Positions 10,025 to 19,075 of a stretch of 64,000 nucleotides of DNA are shown piece by piece. The stretch is from Candidatus Heimdallarchaeota archaeon. Its GTDB lineage: Archaea; Asgardarchaeota; Heimdallarchaeia; Heimdallarchaeales; Heimdallarchaeaceae. Position 1 is the first letter of the stretch, and each line of letters opens with the position of its first letter. The DNA lies in contig JAEOTE010000027.1 of the NCBI GenBank assembly GCA_016839945.1, positions 9,015-73,014 on the forward strand, written 5' to 3'. A program made the translations under genes and the position numbers. The notes beneath the pieces are model-generated. The model was not told the origin of the DNA. It did not search any database and saw nothing but the letters and a program-made list of their open reading frames with translations.

Positions 10025-11512
10025 CTAGTTCAATTTAGATTTTTTCTTACGAATTCTAGTAACTACAAACAGGAAAATACAAGCACTAATTATCGTACTA
10101 AAGATTATGGTATATTCAGTAAGATTAAAGTCAATTTTAGCCAATTCAGGAACAATTGGAGGTTCTCCAAAATATTTGTAAAAAACATCATAGTCTGTTC
10201 CAGCACCTGCATAATCAGTCCAATCACTCCATGCTACATGAACAGTGCCATCAGAATTGATTGCAAGAGAAGGATTAACAGAAGAACTAGTACTTTCTGT
10301 GGAAATGACTTCGGTAATGGTCCAAGAGGAGGAGGAAGCATTCCAACTCTTGTAGAAAATATCTACATCTGTTCCAGCTCCAGCAAAATTTGTATAATCG
10401 TACCAGACTATATGCACGTCCCCTGCAGAATCGACAGCAAGAGAAGGACGCTCCGAAAGAGCTGTACTTTCTGTTGACACAACTTCTGTTATAGTCCAGG
10501 AGGAGGAAGAAGCGTCCCAGTGTTTGTAGAAGATATCCGTATCTATTCCAGCTCCAGCATAATCAGTTTCATCATACCAAGCTATGTGAACATTTCCAGA
10601 ACTATCGACAGCAAGAGAAGGATGATAAGAATGACCTGTACTTTCTGTTGACACAACTTCTGTTGTGGTCCAGGAGGAGGAGGAAGCATTCCATTGTTTG
10701 TAGAAAATATCAAAACTTGCCCCTGACCCATCCCACCACACTATATGGATATTACCAGAGGAGTCGATTGCAATTGAAGGATATACAGAATAACCTACAT
10801 TCCCTGAAGAAACGATTTCTGTTAAAGTCCACAAGGATAAGGAAGCATTCCAACTCTTGTAGAAAATATCATTATCTGTTCCAGCTCCAGCATAATCTGT
10901 TTGATCCTGCCATGCTATGTGTAAATTCCTAACAGAATCAGTGATGAGAGAAGGATTATAAGAGTAACCTGTACTCTCTGAAGAAACGATTTCTGCAGTG
11001 GTCCAGGAGGAGGAGGAAGCGTTCCATTGTTTGTAGAAAATATCAGAGTCTGTTCCACTCCCAGCATAATTAGTATAATCGTACCAGACTATATGCACGT
11101 CCCCTGCAGAATCGACAGCAAGAGAAGGACGGATAGAATCATTTATACTTTCTGTGGACACGACTTCTGTAATGGTCCAGGAGGAGGAAGAAGCGTCCCA
11201 GCGCTTATAGAAAATATCATCTATTATTCCACTTCCAGCATAATCAGTAGTATCCTGCCAAGCTATGTGTATATTTCCTGCATTGTCAACAGCAAGAGAG
11301 GAGGAACCAGAATAATCCGTACTTTCTGTGGAAACAACTTCTGTTATGCTCCATTTCCAAGTAGTTCTATCAAAAGAATTTATGTTGTAATGGCTATTTT
11401 TTTCCTCTACCAGTGCTTTTACATTATTTACATTCAGAGAAGAAGTGTTTATTAAAAATCCTATAAGAATAATACTTGAAATCATAAAAAATCTCATTTT
11501 TTTCTTTTTCAT
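10025..11512 (-). CDS. Cell-surface beta-propeller repeat protein (sialidase/BNR-like repeats) with signal peptide and C-terminal TM anchor
   Basis: 'MKKKKMRFFMISSIILIGFLI' signal. Seven repeats of consensus 'SSSSWTxTEVVSTESTxxSxxPSLAVDSxGxVHIxWxDxTDYAGAGTDxDIFYKxW'. C-terminal 'YTIIFSTIISACIFLFVV' followed by 'TRIRKKKSK'. Confidence 0.7.
   Translation of the reverse strand: MKKKKMRFFMISSIILIGFLINTSSLNVNNVKALVEEKNSHYNINSFDRTTWKWSITEVVSTESTDYSGSSSLAVDNAGNIHIAWQDTTDYAGSGIIDDIFYKRWDASSSSWTITEVVSTESINDSIRPSLAVDSAGDVHIVWYDYTNYAGSGTDSDIFYKQWNASSSSWTTAEIVSSESTGYSYNPSLITDSVRNLHIAWQDQTDYAGAGTDNDIFYKSWNASLSLWTLTEIVSSGNVGYSVYPSIAIDSSGNIHIVWWDGSGASFDIFYKQWNASSSSWTTTEVVSTESTGHSYHPSLAVDSSGNVHIAWYDETDYAGAGIDTDIFYKHWDASSSSWTITEVVSTESTALSERPSLAVDSAGDVHIVWYDYTNFAGAGTDVDIFYKSWNASSSSWTITEVISTESTSSSVNPSLAINSDGTVHVAWSDWTDYAGAGTDYDVFYKYFGEPPIVPELAKIDFNLTEYTIIFSTIISACIFLFVVTRIRKKKSKLN
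10172..11359 (-). repeat. Seven in-frame tandem coding repeats of about 174 nt (58 aa; one unit of 53 aa)
   Basis: The 'FYK' landmark recurs at residues 101, 159, 217, 270, 328, 386 and 444 of the 495-aa protein. Confidence 0.85.
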
Positions 11513-11706
11513 ATTATCAAACCTATTTCATTATCAATTTCGAACATATTTATACGAAATTTATGAATCATGAACATTAAGTGTAAAAAATAAAAACTTT
11601 TTCCAGTCTTTTATAAGCAATTAAATTTTTGAAACCTAAATTTCTTCAACTTAATAATGCAATTCTGAAGAAAATCCAGCTTATTAGATATAAAGAAAAA
11701 AGTCGT

Positions 11707-13647
11707 CTACAATTCATCTAGTAAATTGTAGATTTCTTCATCTATGTTATTCAATCTTTCTTCTAATTCTTCAATCAGTTTTCTTTTACCTTCCATCGTT
11801 TCAAACAGATTATTCATTCTTTCTACATATTTCGCTCTTGTTTTTCCTTCGTCTCCTTCACTTATTAAAACTTCAATAGAAGAGGTTATACGTTGATACT
11901 CCTGATCAATTCTATTTAGATTTGATTGTTCAGTGTTTATTTGCTCATCAATTTGTTTTTTCTCTTTTCTAATCTGTTTGATTTTCTTCAAAATATCAAC
12001 TTGTTTTTCTTTTAGTGTATCTAATTTCAAAAGGTCATCCAAGTAGTCATCAGAAATTGATGCTATTGAAACACTTTCAGATGTTTTTCTAAAGGTTGGA
12101 ATCTCTATCTTTGTAAGAGATTTAGGTTCTACATCTATTTTTGCTCTGAAATAGTTTGGAGTTTCTTTTGTATCAACTTTTATTTTCTTTTTATCTATTT
12201 CATAATCATACATTTTTGGAACTTCACAGATTACTGTTTTTTCCTCATCGCATTTATTGTCGATTTCCAATTTGTATTTTTTATTGTTAATATAGGTTTC
12301 AACATAGTATTGACCTGATAGAGATATACCTATTTTCTTTGACATAGATGTTTCTTCTTGTTTAACAACTATATCTTGTTCAACTAAATAAGGTACTATT
12401 TGTTTTTCTCCTTTTGGAACTCGCTTTAGCATAGCTTCTCCAGCATATTCACCTAAATCATAGATAGTTACTGGTCCTTCTTCCCATCCATAGCTGGTTA
12501 TGTTTTCTATTTCAATTGCTTTGAATGGATGAGTTGCATGTTGCTGTTGATTATAGATATTGATTGTTTCTTTTGGAATATCCATAGAATTAAGCAATAA
12601 CAAAGCTGATTCCCCTTTCTTAATTGATACAGGCTGTTTTAAGCTAAAGGAAACACTCTCTGTAGTAGTTATAATTTCAGCTGATTCTGCAGCTCCAACT
12701 GCATATTCATAAGGTTCCTCTTCCATATCCATATCAGCTACACTTGCAAAAGCTCTAGCTCGCTTTGCTTTCTTCATCGGTGCCCCTGCTACAGCAGCTG
12801 CCATTGGAGGTGGTGCAGCTCTTAAAGCTTCTTTATATTCTGCTTCAGGTGTCATTACACTTATTCCCATTTGTTTCGGTCTTTGAACAAAAGGACGATC
12901 GATAATCCAGGGTGAACTGATATCATATCTGAACGAGATTGGTAATCCAGTGATAAGTTTCATATTAGCATCTATCCAGTCTTGTTGTGAGTTATTTGTT
13001 ACTAAACTCCACAATTCGAAAACAGCGTTTTCTTTATCAAGTGAATAAATTCTATATGAAGATTGCCAAGCTGGAAGTTCTGTTAGATAAGAAACATTAA
13101 CTACTTTTTCTCCTTCTTCCGTAAAGGAAATTTTCAGATTTTTTACATCCTCTTTCTTACTTTTTACCAGTATTTCTAATTGATCTTCAAGCGTTTTTTG
13201 AAAGAATTCTTCAATTGGAACAACGTGTTTGATCTCATTTGAATCAAGGTGAAGAATTTGAGAATTTGCATCAACCAAAATAACTTCAAGTTTGGTTACT
13301 TCTTCACTTTCAGATTCTAGATATTGATAACCTACTAATTGTCCTTTTACAGTCTGTCCATCTTTAGTAGTTATATCAACTTTTGAGCCGGAAAGAACAT
13401 CTAGAATTGAAGTAAATGCTTCACCTTCGTAATCAATCTCAAGATCTTTCATAATATCAGTGTCAAATGCAATAGATGAAAGCAGAGCTTCCCCTTCAAT
13501 TTCTACTTTGAAGGTTTTAAGGAAATCATTTTGATTTTTAACTAGAACTGGAAATAACACTTCTTTTTCACTAAAAGAAGCATTGGATTTAAGCCATCCC
13601 ACACCCATCTTATATAATATTACCTCATTAACTTCAAAAACTACCAT
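11707..13647 (-). CDS. Large cytoplasmic protein: beta-rich body, Ala/Pro linker, C-terminal coiled coil (possibly DUF4139-like)
   Basis: Long clean ORF. 'LITGLPISFRYDISSPW' and the overall layout recall DUF4139 proteins (weak, by eye). The last 110 aa or so are heptad-like ('LKEKQVDILKKIKQIRKEKKQIDEQI...'). ATG at 13647. Confidence 0.5.
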   Translation of the reverse strand: MVVFEVNEVILYKMGVGWLKSNASFSEKEVLFPVLVKNQNDFLKTFKVEIEGEALLSSIAFDTDIMKDLEIDYEGEAFTSILDVLSGSKVDITTKDGQTVKGQLVGYQYLESESEEVTKLEVILVDANSQILHLDSNEIKHVVPIEEFFQKTLEDQLEILVKSKKEDVKNLKISFTEEGEKVVNVSYLTELPAWQSSYRIYSLDKENAVFELWSLVTNNSQQDWIDANMKLITGLPISFRYDISSPWIIDRPFVQRPKQMGISVMTPEAEYKEALRAAPPPMAAAVAGAPMKKAKRARAFASVADMDMEEEPYEYAVGAAESAEIITTTESVSFSLKQPVSIKKGESALLLLNSMDIPKETINIYNQQQHATHPFKAIEIENITSYGWEEGPVTIYDLGEYAGEAMLKRVPKGEKQIVPYLVEQDIVVKQEETSMSKKIGISLSGQYYVETYINNKKYKLEIDNKCDEEKTVICEVPKMYDYEIDKKKIKVDTKETPNYFRAKIDVEPKSLTKIEIPTFRKTSESVSIASISDDYLDDLLKLDTLKEKQVDILKKIKQIRKEKKQIDEQINTEQSNLNRIDQEYQRITSSIEVLISEGDEGKTRAKYVERMNNLFETMEGKRKLIEELEERLNNIDEEIYNLLDEL

Positions 13648-13686
13648 TATAATCAAAAATTAATATGCTTGGTTTGACTTAAAACC

Positions 13687-14550
13687 TTATTGTTGCGATT
13701 CTATTTTATTAACAAAATCTTCTACATACTTAGTAATTTTTGCTTCTTTACCAGCATAAACTCTATGTACATCTCCCATGTTGACTATTTCCGATTTGGG
13801 ATGGTAGTGAACAAATTTCATTGATTTTTCAGCTTTAATAAACCAATCACCTTCTCCATAGAAAATTATCTGAGGAACATCTAACTCTTTTTCTCTGCCT
13901 CTAATATCATAACCAAAAAAGAATTCAAAAAGAAAACGGAAGAGAGGATATAAATCGTTTTTAGTAAATTTATCTTTTGAGTACTTCAAATTTTTCATTT
14001 CATTTGGACTTTTAATTCTTAAATAGAGCATTAAGAAGAAGAAGATTATTTTATAAGCTAACCATAGAAGCGGCCAAGGTAAAAACCTTAACAACATAAA
14101 CCACCACTTTGTGTCGTTTTTCGCACTTGGACTTGCAGCTAAGAAAGCAATAGGTTTTGGACCAAGTTTTTCGAGGAAGTATAGGTAACCAATATTGATC
14201 CCTGAGCAACTTCCCCAAAGATAAAATTGAGAATCTTTTAAATCATAATGTTTGATTATCTTTGCAAGCTCTTCTATAATAAATTTAGGTTTGTAAATTC
14301 CTCTTTTGCGAGGACCATTTGATTTTCCATGCCCTCTTGGCTCATAAACAATTATACTAGCAAATTGTTGAAATTGTTGTACTAAAGGCATTATACCTTC
14401 AAAATTTCCTAACCAGCCAAGAATTATGAGTATAATTCTATCTTTGTATTTCTCATTTTTGCAAGGAAAGAATGCATGATGTATTCTAATAAGCGGTTTT
14501 TCTGAGACAACAATAAAATTATCATGCATTTTTGAAAGTTTATTTATCAT
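13687..14550 (-). CDS. Alpha/beta-fold hydrolase/acyltransferase with predicted Cys nucleophile (paralogue 2)
   Basis: 'ILGWLG', 'EPRGHGKS', elbow 'WGSCSGI', 'GEGDWF' and 'VHRVYAG'. Hydrophobic insert 'WWFMLLRFLPWPLLWLAYKIIFFFLMLYL'. Confidence 0.7.
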   Translation of the reverse strand: MINKLSKMHDNFIVVSEKPLIRIHHAFFPCKNEKYKDRIILIILGWLGNFEGIMPLVQQFQQFASIIVYEPRGHGKSNGPRKRGIYKPKFIIEELAKIIKHYDLKDSQFYLWGSCSGINIGYLYFLEKLGPKPIAFLAASPSAKNDTKWWFMLLRFLPWPLLWLAYKIIFFFLMLYLRIKSPNEMKNLKYSKDKFTKNDLYPLFRFLFEFFFGYDIRGREKELDVPQIIFYGEGDWFIKAEKSMKFVHYHPKSEIVNMGDVHRVYAGKEAKITKYVEDFVNKIESQQ

Positions 14551-14611
14551 ATAAATAAGTATATTGTAAGAAACATTAACGAATCATAATTTAATTAATT
14601 CTTAGATTTTA

Positions 14612-15451
14612 TTAATGCGATTCTATTCTTTCAATGAATTTCTCTACATATTCAGCGACTTTTTCTTCATTTCCAGCATAAACTCTATGTACATCACCCA
14701 TGTTTACAAGTTCTGAATCAGGATGATATTGAGCTAATTTCACAGAATTTTCAGGTTTAGTGAACCAATCACCTTCAGAGTATAAAATAATTTGAGGAAT
14801 ATCCAATTCCTCTTCTCTACCTCTAATATCATAATCATGTATGAATTCGAAAAGAAAACGAAATAAAGGATATAAATCCATATTAGCAATTCTGCCTTTT
14901 GATTTTTTTAGGTTTCTCTGTTCATCTGGATTTTTTATTCTTAAATAAACATTTAATGAGAAAAAAATAAACTTATAAGTTAGCCACAGAAGTGGATAGG
15001 GTAATATTTTAAGTATGTTAAACCACCATTTAGTGTTATTTTTATAATCGGGACTTGCAGCGAGAAAAGCTTTTGGTTTAGGACCAAGTTTTTCAATATG
15101 GTATAAATATCCAATTTCAATTCCAGCACAGCTCCCCCAAATATAAAATTGGGAATCTTTTAATTGATATTGTTCGATAATTTTAGCAAATTCCTCTGAT
15201 ATGATCGTAGGACCATAAATTCCTCTCTTATGCGGTTTACTTGATTTTCCATACCCTCTTGGATCATATGATATTATATTTGCAAATTGCTGAAATTGTT
15301 CTATTAATGGTAATATACCTTCAATGTTTCCCAGCCAACCAGGGATCATAACAATAAATCTATTTTTGTGCTTTTCTTCTTTACATTCGAAGAAAACATG
15401 ACGTAGTTTTATGAAAGGTTTTTCAGAAATGGTAATATAGTTTTCTTCCAT
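14612..15451 (-). CDS. Alpha/beta-fold hydrolase/acyltransferase with predicted Cys nucleophile (paralogue 3)
   Basis: 'IPGWLG', 'DPRGYGKS', elbow 'WGSCAGI', 'SEGDWF' and 'VHRVYAG'. It shares near-identical DNA stretches with paralogue 2. ATG at 15451. Confidence 0.7.
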   Translation of the reverse strand: MEENYITISEKPFIKLRHVFFECKEEKHKNRFIVMIPGWLGNIEGILPLIEQFQQFANIISYDPRGYGKSSKPHKRGIYGPTIISEEFAKIIEQYQLKDSQFYIWGSCAGIEIGYLYHIEKLGPKPKAFLAASPDYKNNTKWWFNILKILPYPLLWLTYKFIFFSLNVYLRIKNPDEQRNLKKSKGRIANMDLYPLFRFLFEFIHDYDIRGREEELDIPQIILYSEGDWFTKPENSVKLAQYHPDSELVNMGDVHRVYAGNEEKVAEYVEKFIERIESH

Positions 15452-15493
15452 CACATCTAATTCGTTTTATTTGTAATAAACTTATTCCATAAT

Positions 15494-16324
15494 TTATAAA
15501 GCTTGTAAATATTGATTAATATGATTTACAATATCATCTTCGTTTCCATCTATGAACCTATGAGCTTTACTATACTTTACAAGCTTTGATTTTGGATGGA
15601 ATTGTGCTAAGTTCTCTGATTCTTTGGGTTTTGAGAACCAATCTTTATCTGCATAGAATATTAATTGAGGGACTCCTATCCCATCCTCTTTTCCTCGTAT
15701 ATCATATTTATGTATAAATTCTAGGATAATTCTGGCTTGCACATAGAAATCTAGTTCATAAAATCTCTCCATTGAATAATCAAAATTTTTTATATCTTCT
15801 GGACTTTGTTTGTTCAAATACATCTTAAAAATGATTTTATATATTTTATAAGCAGCCCATAAGATGGGGTAGGGTAAATAATTTACAATGCTAAACCATC
15901 TAAAAGTATAATGTTTAGAAGCAGTACTCACAGCCAAGATAGCTTTAGGTTTTGGACCTTTATTGTCAATGCAATATTGATAAGCTATTTCTGCACCAAC
16001 ACAGCTCCCCCAAATAAAATATTCATCTTCTTTTAATTGATAATGTTTTACAATTTCAGAAAGATCATCTGCATAACAAATTGGTTTATACAATCCTCGT
16101 TTTCTTGGTCCTGAGGATTTACCAAATCCTCGTGGTTCAAACATAATTACATTCGAAATTTCTTGGAAGGCTTTAACTAAAGGCAATCTCCTATCAATAC
16201 TACTTAACCAACCAGGTATTAGAAGTATAGTTCTATTTTTGTATTCCTCATTAGTTGTAGGAAAAAAAGAATGTCTTAGGACTATTAGTGGTTTTTCTGA
16301 AACTGTTAGATATTTCTCTTCCAT
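15494..16324 (-). CDS. Alpha/beta-fold hydrolase/acyltransferase with predicted Cys nucleophile (paralogue 4)
   Basis: 'IPGWLS', 'EPRGFGKS', elbow 'WGSCVGA', 'ADKDWF' and 'AHRFIDG'. Confidence 0.7.
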   Translation of the reverse strand: MEEKYLTVSEKPLIVLRHSFFPTTNEEYKNRTILLIPGWLSSIDRRLPLVKAFQEISNVIMFEPRGFGKSSGPRKRGLYKPICYADDLSEIVKHYQLKEDEYFIWGSCVGAEIAYQYCIDNKGPKPKAILAVSTASKHYTFRWFSIVNYLPYPILWAAYKIYKIIFKMYLNKQSPEDIKNFDYSMERFYELDFYVQARIILEFIHKYDIRGKEDGIGVPQLIFYADKDWFSKPKESENLAQFHPKSKLVKYSKAHRFIDGNEDDIVNHINQYLQAL

Positions 16325-16431
16325 CCATTTGTGTGTAATATAGTTAATTAATAAATCATTCTTTCTAACTAACTGAAAATATAGCTGACAATAATATAAT
16401 AATATACGTTAAAAATTTTCTTTAAATTAAA

Positions 16432-16439
16432 TTTATATA
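16432..16439 (+). promoter_or_regulatory. Candidate TATA box for the DegV gene at 16464 (short or no leader)
   Basis: 'tttatata' is centred about 28 nt upstream of the ATG, in the 139-nt divergent spacer. The AT-rich background limits confidence. Confidence 0.3.
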
Positions 16440-16463
16440 TTACACAAGTTTATTTCTAATATT

Positions 16464-17333
16464 ATGAAAGTTAAAATCTTCACAGAAGTAACTACTTTTA
16501 TCCCTGATGAGTTAGCAAAAGAATACAATATAGATTTCGTAGAGTTTTCTTTGTTAATTGACGGAAAATCTTACAAAGAAAAATCAGAGATTAATAGAGA
16601 AGAATTCATCAACACCATGAATGAGATGGACCCTTATCCAACTTCAAGCATGGCAAATCCAAACGAATATTTGGAAGCTTTTCAGAAAGCTGAAAATGAA
16701 GGATATGAAGAAATTCTATATATTGGGATTACCACTAATCTTTCTCAATCTCAAAATTCAGCTAAAATTGCATCCAAACAGATTAAGAAGGCTAAAGTTA
16801 CTATATATGATAGTGAGATAATGGGTGCTTGTCAAGGAATCTTGGCTTTATCAGCTGCACATCTTTTTCAGAAAGGAAAATCAATGGATGAGGTCATTAA
16901 GCATCTTGATTCGATTAAAGAAATAACTTATGGTGCTGGATTATCCTCAAGTTTTGAAGTCTTATTTAAAACTGGTAGAGTTAAGAAAGGAGTAGCAATT
17001 TCAGCTATTTCCACAATTATGAGATTAAAACCTATGTATGAATTCAATTATGAGAAAGGAATAACAAGTTTGGGAGGAGGAAGAGGTTACAAAGGTGCAA
17101 TCAAAATCTTGATAGAAAATTTCCTTGAGAAAACAGATGAAAACTTGGACTACATTCTAATTATGGGTGATGTCATTAATCCTGATCTAATGAAAAAAGT
17201 AGAAGCAGAAATAAAGAAAATAAGAAAAATTAAGGAAACATTCTATTGGCCTGTAACAGCAATGGCTGCACATACTTTAGGAAAAGGTTGTGTTGTTGCT
17301 GTTATTGGTCCGTCATGGGAAGTAGAACTGTAA
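16464..17333 (+). CDS. DegV family (fatty-acid-binding) protein, second copy
   Basis: Same block structure as 4690-5550 ('IGITTNLSQSQNSAKIA', 'YDSEIMGACQGILAL', 'KGKSMDEVIKHL'). The N-terminal DS motif has diverged ('FTEVTTFIP'). Confidence 0.75.
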   Translation: MKVKIFTEVTTFIPDELAKEYNIDFVEFSLLIDGKSYKEKSEINREEFINTMNEMDPYPTSSMANPNEYLEAFQKAENEGYEEILYIGITTNLSQSQNSAKIASKQIKKAKVTIYDSEIMGACQGILALSAAHLFQKGKSMDEVIKHLDSIKEITYGAGLSSSFEVLFKTGRVKKGVAISAISTIMRLKPMYEFNYEKGITSLGGGRGYKGAIKILIENFLEKTDENLDYILIMGDVINPDLMKKVEAEIKKIRKIKETFYWPVTAMAAHTLGKGCVVAVIGPSWEVEL

Positions 17334-17338
17334 TTTAT

Positions 17339-18400
17339 TTAGCCTGAACCTTGGCTAAGTAAAATATTTCTTAATTCTAAAATATCATTTAATATAAGAT
17401 AAATTGCATTATCCAAAGAACGGAAAATATCACTTATTGAAACTATTAGCTTGAGATTCTTTCTCCTTTCTGCTTCATTAAATAAGGATTTCTTAATATT
17501 CAATTCCAATTCCTCCGCTCTTTCTATTGTAACAAAGAAGTATCTTGCAGTTGGATCATTTTCTCTCAATTCATCAATATTCTTGATATGCCTAGAAGTA
17601 GTTTCAGCATCTTCACATGAAGCCAGATAAATATAGTAATCCATTTCTCTAAAGAAGTCCTTTCCTGCAATTTCTTCGAGGTCAAATAATAGTGTTAAGA
17701 CTATTCTCATAAAATATGTGTCAATTCTTGTTATGTACTCGTTTCTATCCAACTGATAGATGAAATCTATATTTTGATACTGAAAAAGTGCTTGAATTAT
17801 AATATTATATGCGAGAGAATCTGAGGTTATAATACCTATTTTTGTTCTTCTGTTCAACAGATGTGAGATTTGTTGTATTGTGTTGAATCTTGATGCAATT
17901 TCTCGAACAATTTCTTCAATAGTTTTTGATCTGATTTGTTCATCAAGAATAACATTTTCAGTTAACGATTCACCTAGATACAATAACATTTCATCTGAAA
18001 TCTCTTGAACATCATCAAATTGTTGTAAGAAACCTTCAATTGTTGTATAAATTTGATTATGTCCAAATTTCACTTTTTGATCACATTGTTTGTCATAGAA
18101 GATTAATATTTGACACATTGCTGATTCATTATTGAAAAGAAGGCGTTGATCCTTTATTTGAGAATCAGGTTTTTTAAAAGATACAATTAACAGATGATAT
18201 AATGGAAAATGAGGTATTGGTAGAGGTCCATAGATTTCTAGGTGGGGGGAAGAAGCAGAAATCACTGGACTGTAAAAATTCCCAATTCCCATAATTTCCT
18301 CACTTGGTATATCAGGAATAGGTATTGAGCTACGTAAAGACATCCCAGCGTCATCTAAAACGAGTAAAGAGATGTAAGGTATGAATAAATTAGATGACAT
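17339..18400 (-). CDS. Hypothetical protein: longin/roadblock-like N-domain plus degenerate small-GTPase-like C-domain (by-eye inference)
   Basis: Clean 353-aa ORF. See the finding for the aligned segments; no canonical P-loop. Confidence 0.4.
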   Translation of the reverse strand: MSSNLFIPYISLLVLDDAGMSLRSSIPIPDIPSEEIMGIGNFYSPVISASSPHLEIYGPLPIPHFPLYHLLIVSFKKPDSQIKDQRLLFNNESAMCQILIFYDKQCDQKVKFGHNQIYTTIEGFLQQFDDVQEISDEMLLYLGESLTENVILDEQIRSKTIEEIVREIASRFNTIQQISHLLNRRTKIGIITSDSLAYNIIIQALFQYQNIDFIYQLDRNEYITRIDTYFMRIVLTLLFDLEEIAGKDFFREMDYYIYLASCEDAETTSRHIKNIDELRENDPTARYFFVTIERAEELELNIKKSLFNEAERRKNLKLIVSISDIFRSLDNAIYLILNDILELRNILLSQGSG

Positions 18401-18462
18401 TTCAATCAGATTACTAATATTTGTTGATTTATTAAGAATTACATGAAATAAAAATCATTTCC

Positions 18463-18969
18463 TTAAGGCTTATTGACAGCTTTATAATCTGCATAAATTT
18501 TTTCAAGCTCTACTCTTCTCTTATTGGGATTTCTTTCTATTAGTGCTTCTAGAAAACAGAATATTGAAAGAAGTCTACATAAGCGAATCAAATGATAGCC
18601 AATTTTAACGGATTCTACAATTATTGTATCTTCTGGAACCATAAACAAAATACTTTGTTCCCAATAAGTTGTATCAGTGAGAAAAACATTAACAGATAGT
18701 TCCATCGCAAAAGACATTCCAATTGCAATAACAATGAGAATCAATCTAATCCATCTTAAATCTGTTCTTCTTATTACCTTGATTCCTTCTAACCATTTAA
18801 CATCATGAGTTGTTACAATCAAAGTGCATGTTAAGAAAATCCAGAGAGGAGGTGATTCTGATAGATCAATCCAAGTTGAAACATAATCTTCAATGAGAAG
18901 AACAGGAGATAGTAAGCTAAGAAAGGCAATAACAAATGAAAGAAAGGAAAGCGACGATGATAATCTCAT
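18463..18969 (-). CDS. Small polytopic membrane protein (about 4 TM), unknown function
   Basis: Hydrophobic helices 'LSFLSFVIAFLSLLSPVLLI', 'LWIFLTCTLIVT' and 'LILIVIAIGMSFAM'. Co-directional with 17339-18400, 62 nt upstream of it. Confidence 0.5.
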   Translation of the reverse strand: MRLSSSLSFLSFVIAFLSLLSPVLLIEDYVSTWIDLSESPPLWIFLTCTLIVTTHDVKWLEGIKVIRRTDLRWIRLILIVIAIGMSFAMELSVNVFLTDTTYWEQSILFMVPEDTIIVESVKIGYHLIRLCRLLSIFCFLEALIERNPNKRRVELEKIYADYKAVNKP

Positions 18970-19075
18970 TATTCATGATAGTCTGGAAGAATTTATATAG
19001 TTTTGTTTTTACTTTCAAGTTTCATAAAGTCAATACTCCGCAAACTTATATACAAGAAAGAAAAAATTTTTCCAG

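Noticed and set aside
9962-11455. Plus-strand ORFs 9962-10477, 10648-10932 and 11027-11455, opposite the propeller gene.
   Set aside because: They are antisense shadows of the tandem repeats, with periodic Cys/Arg/Ile-rich translations. The minus-strand frame has a signal peptide, coherent repeats and a membrane anchor.
12725-12830. Local GC-rich island considered as a foreign insertion or embedded RNA.
   Set aside because: It is in-frame and encodes an Ala/Pro/Met-rich linker of the 646-aa protein. No flanking repeats or frame disruption are present.
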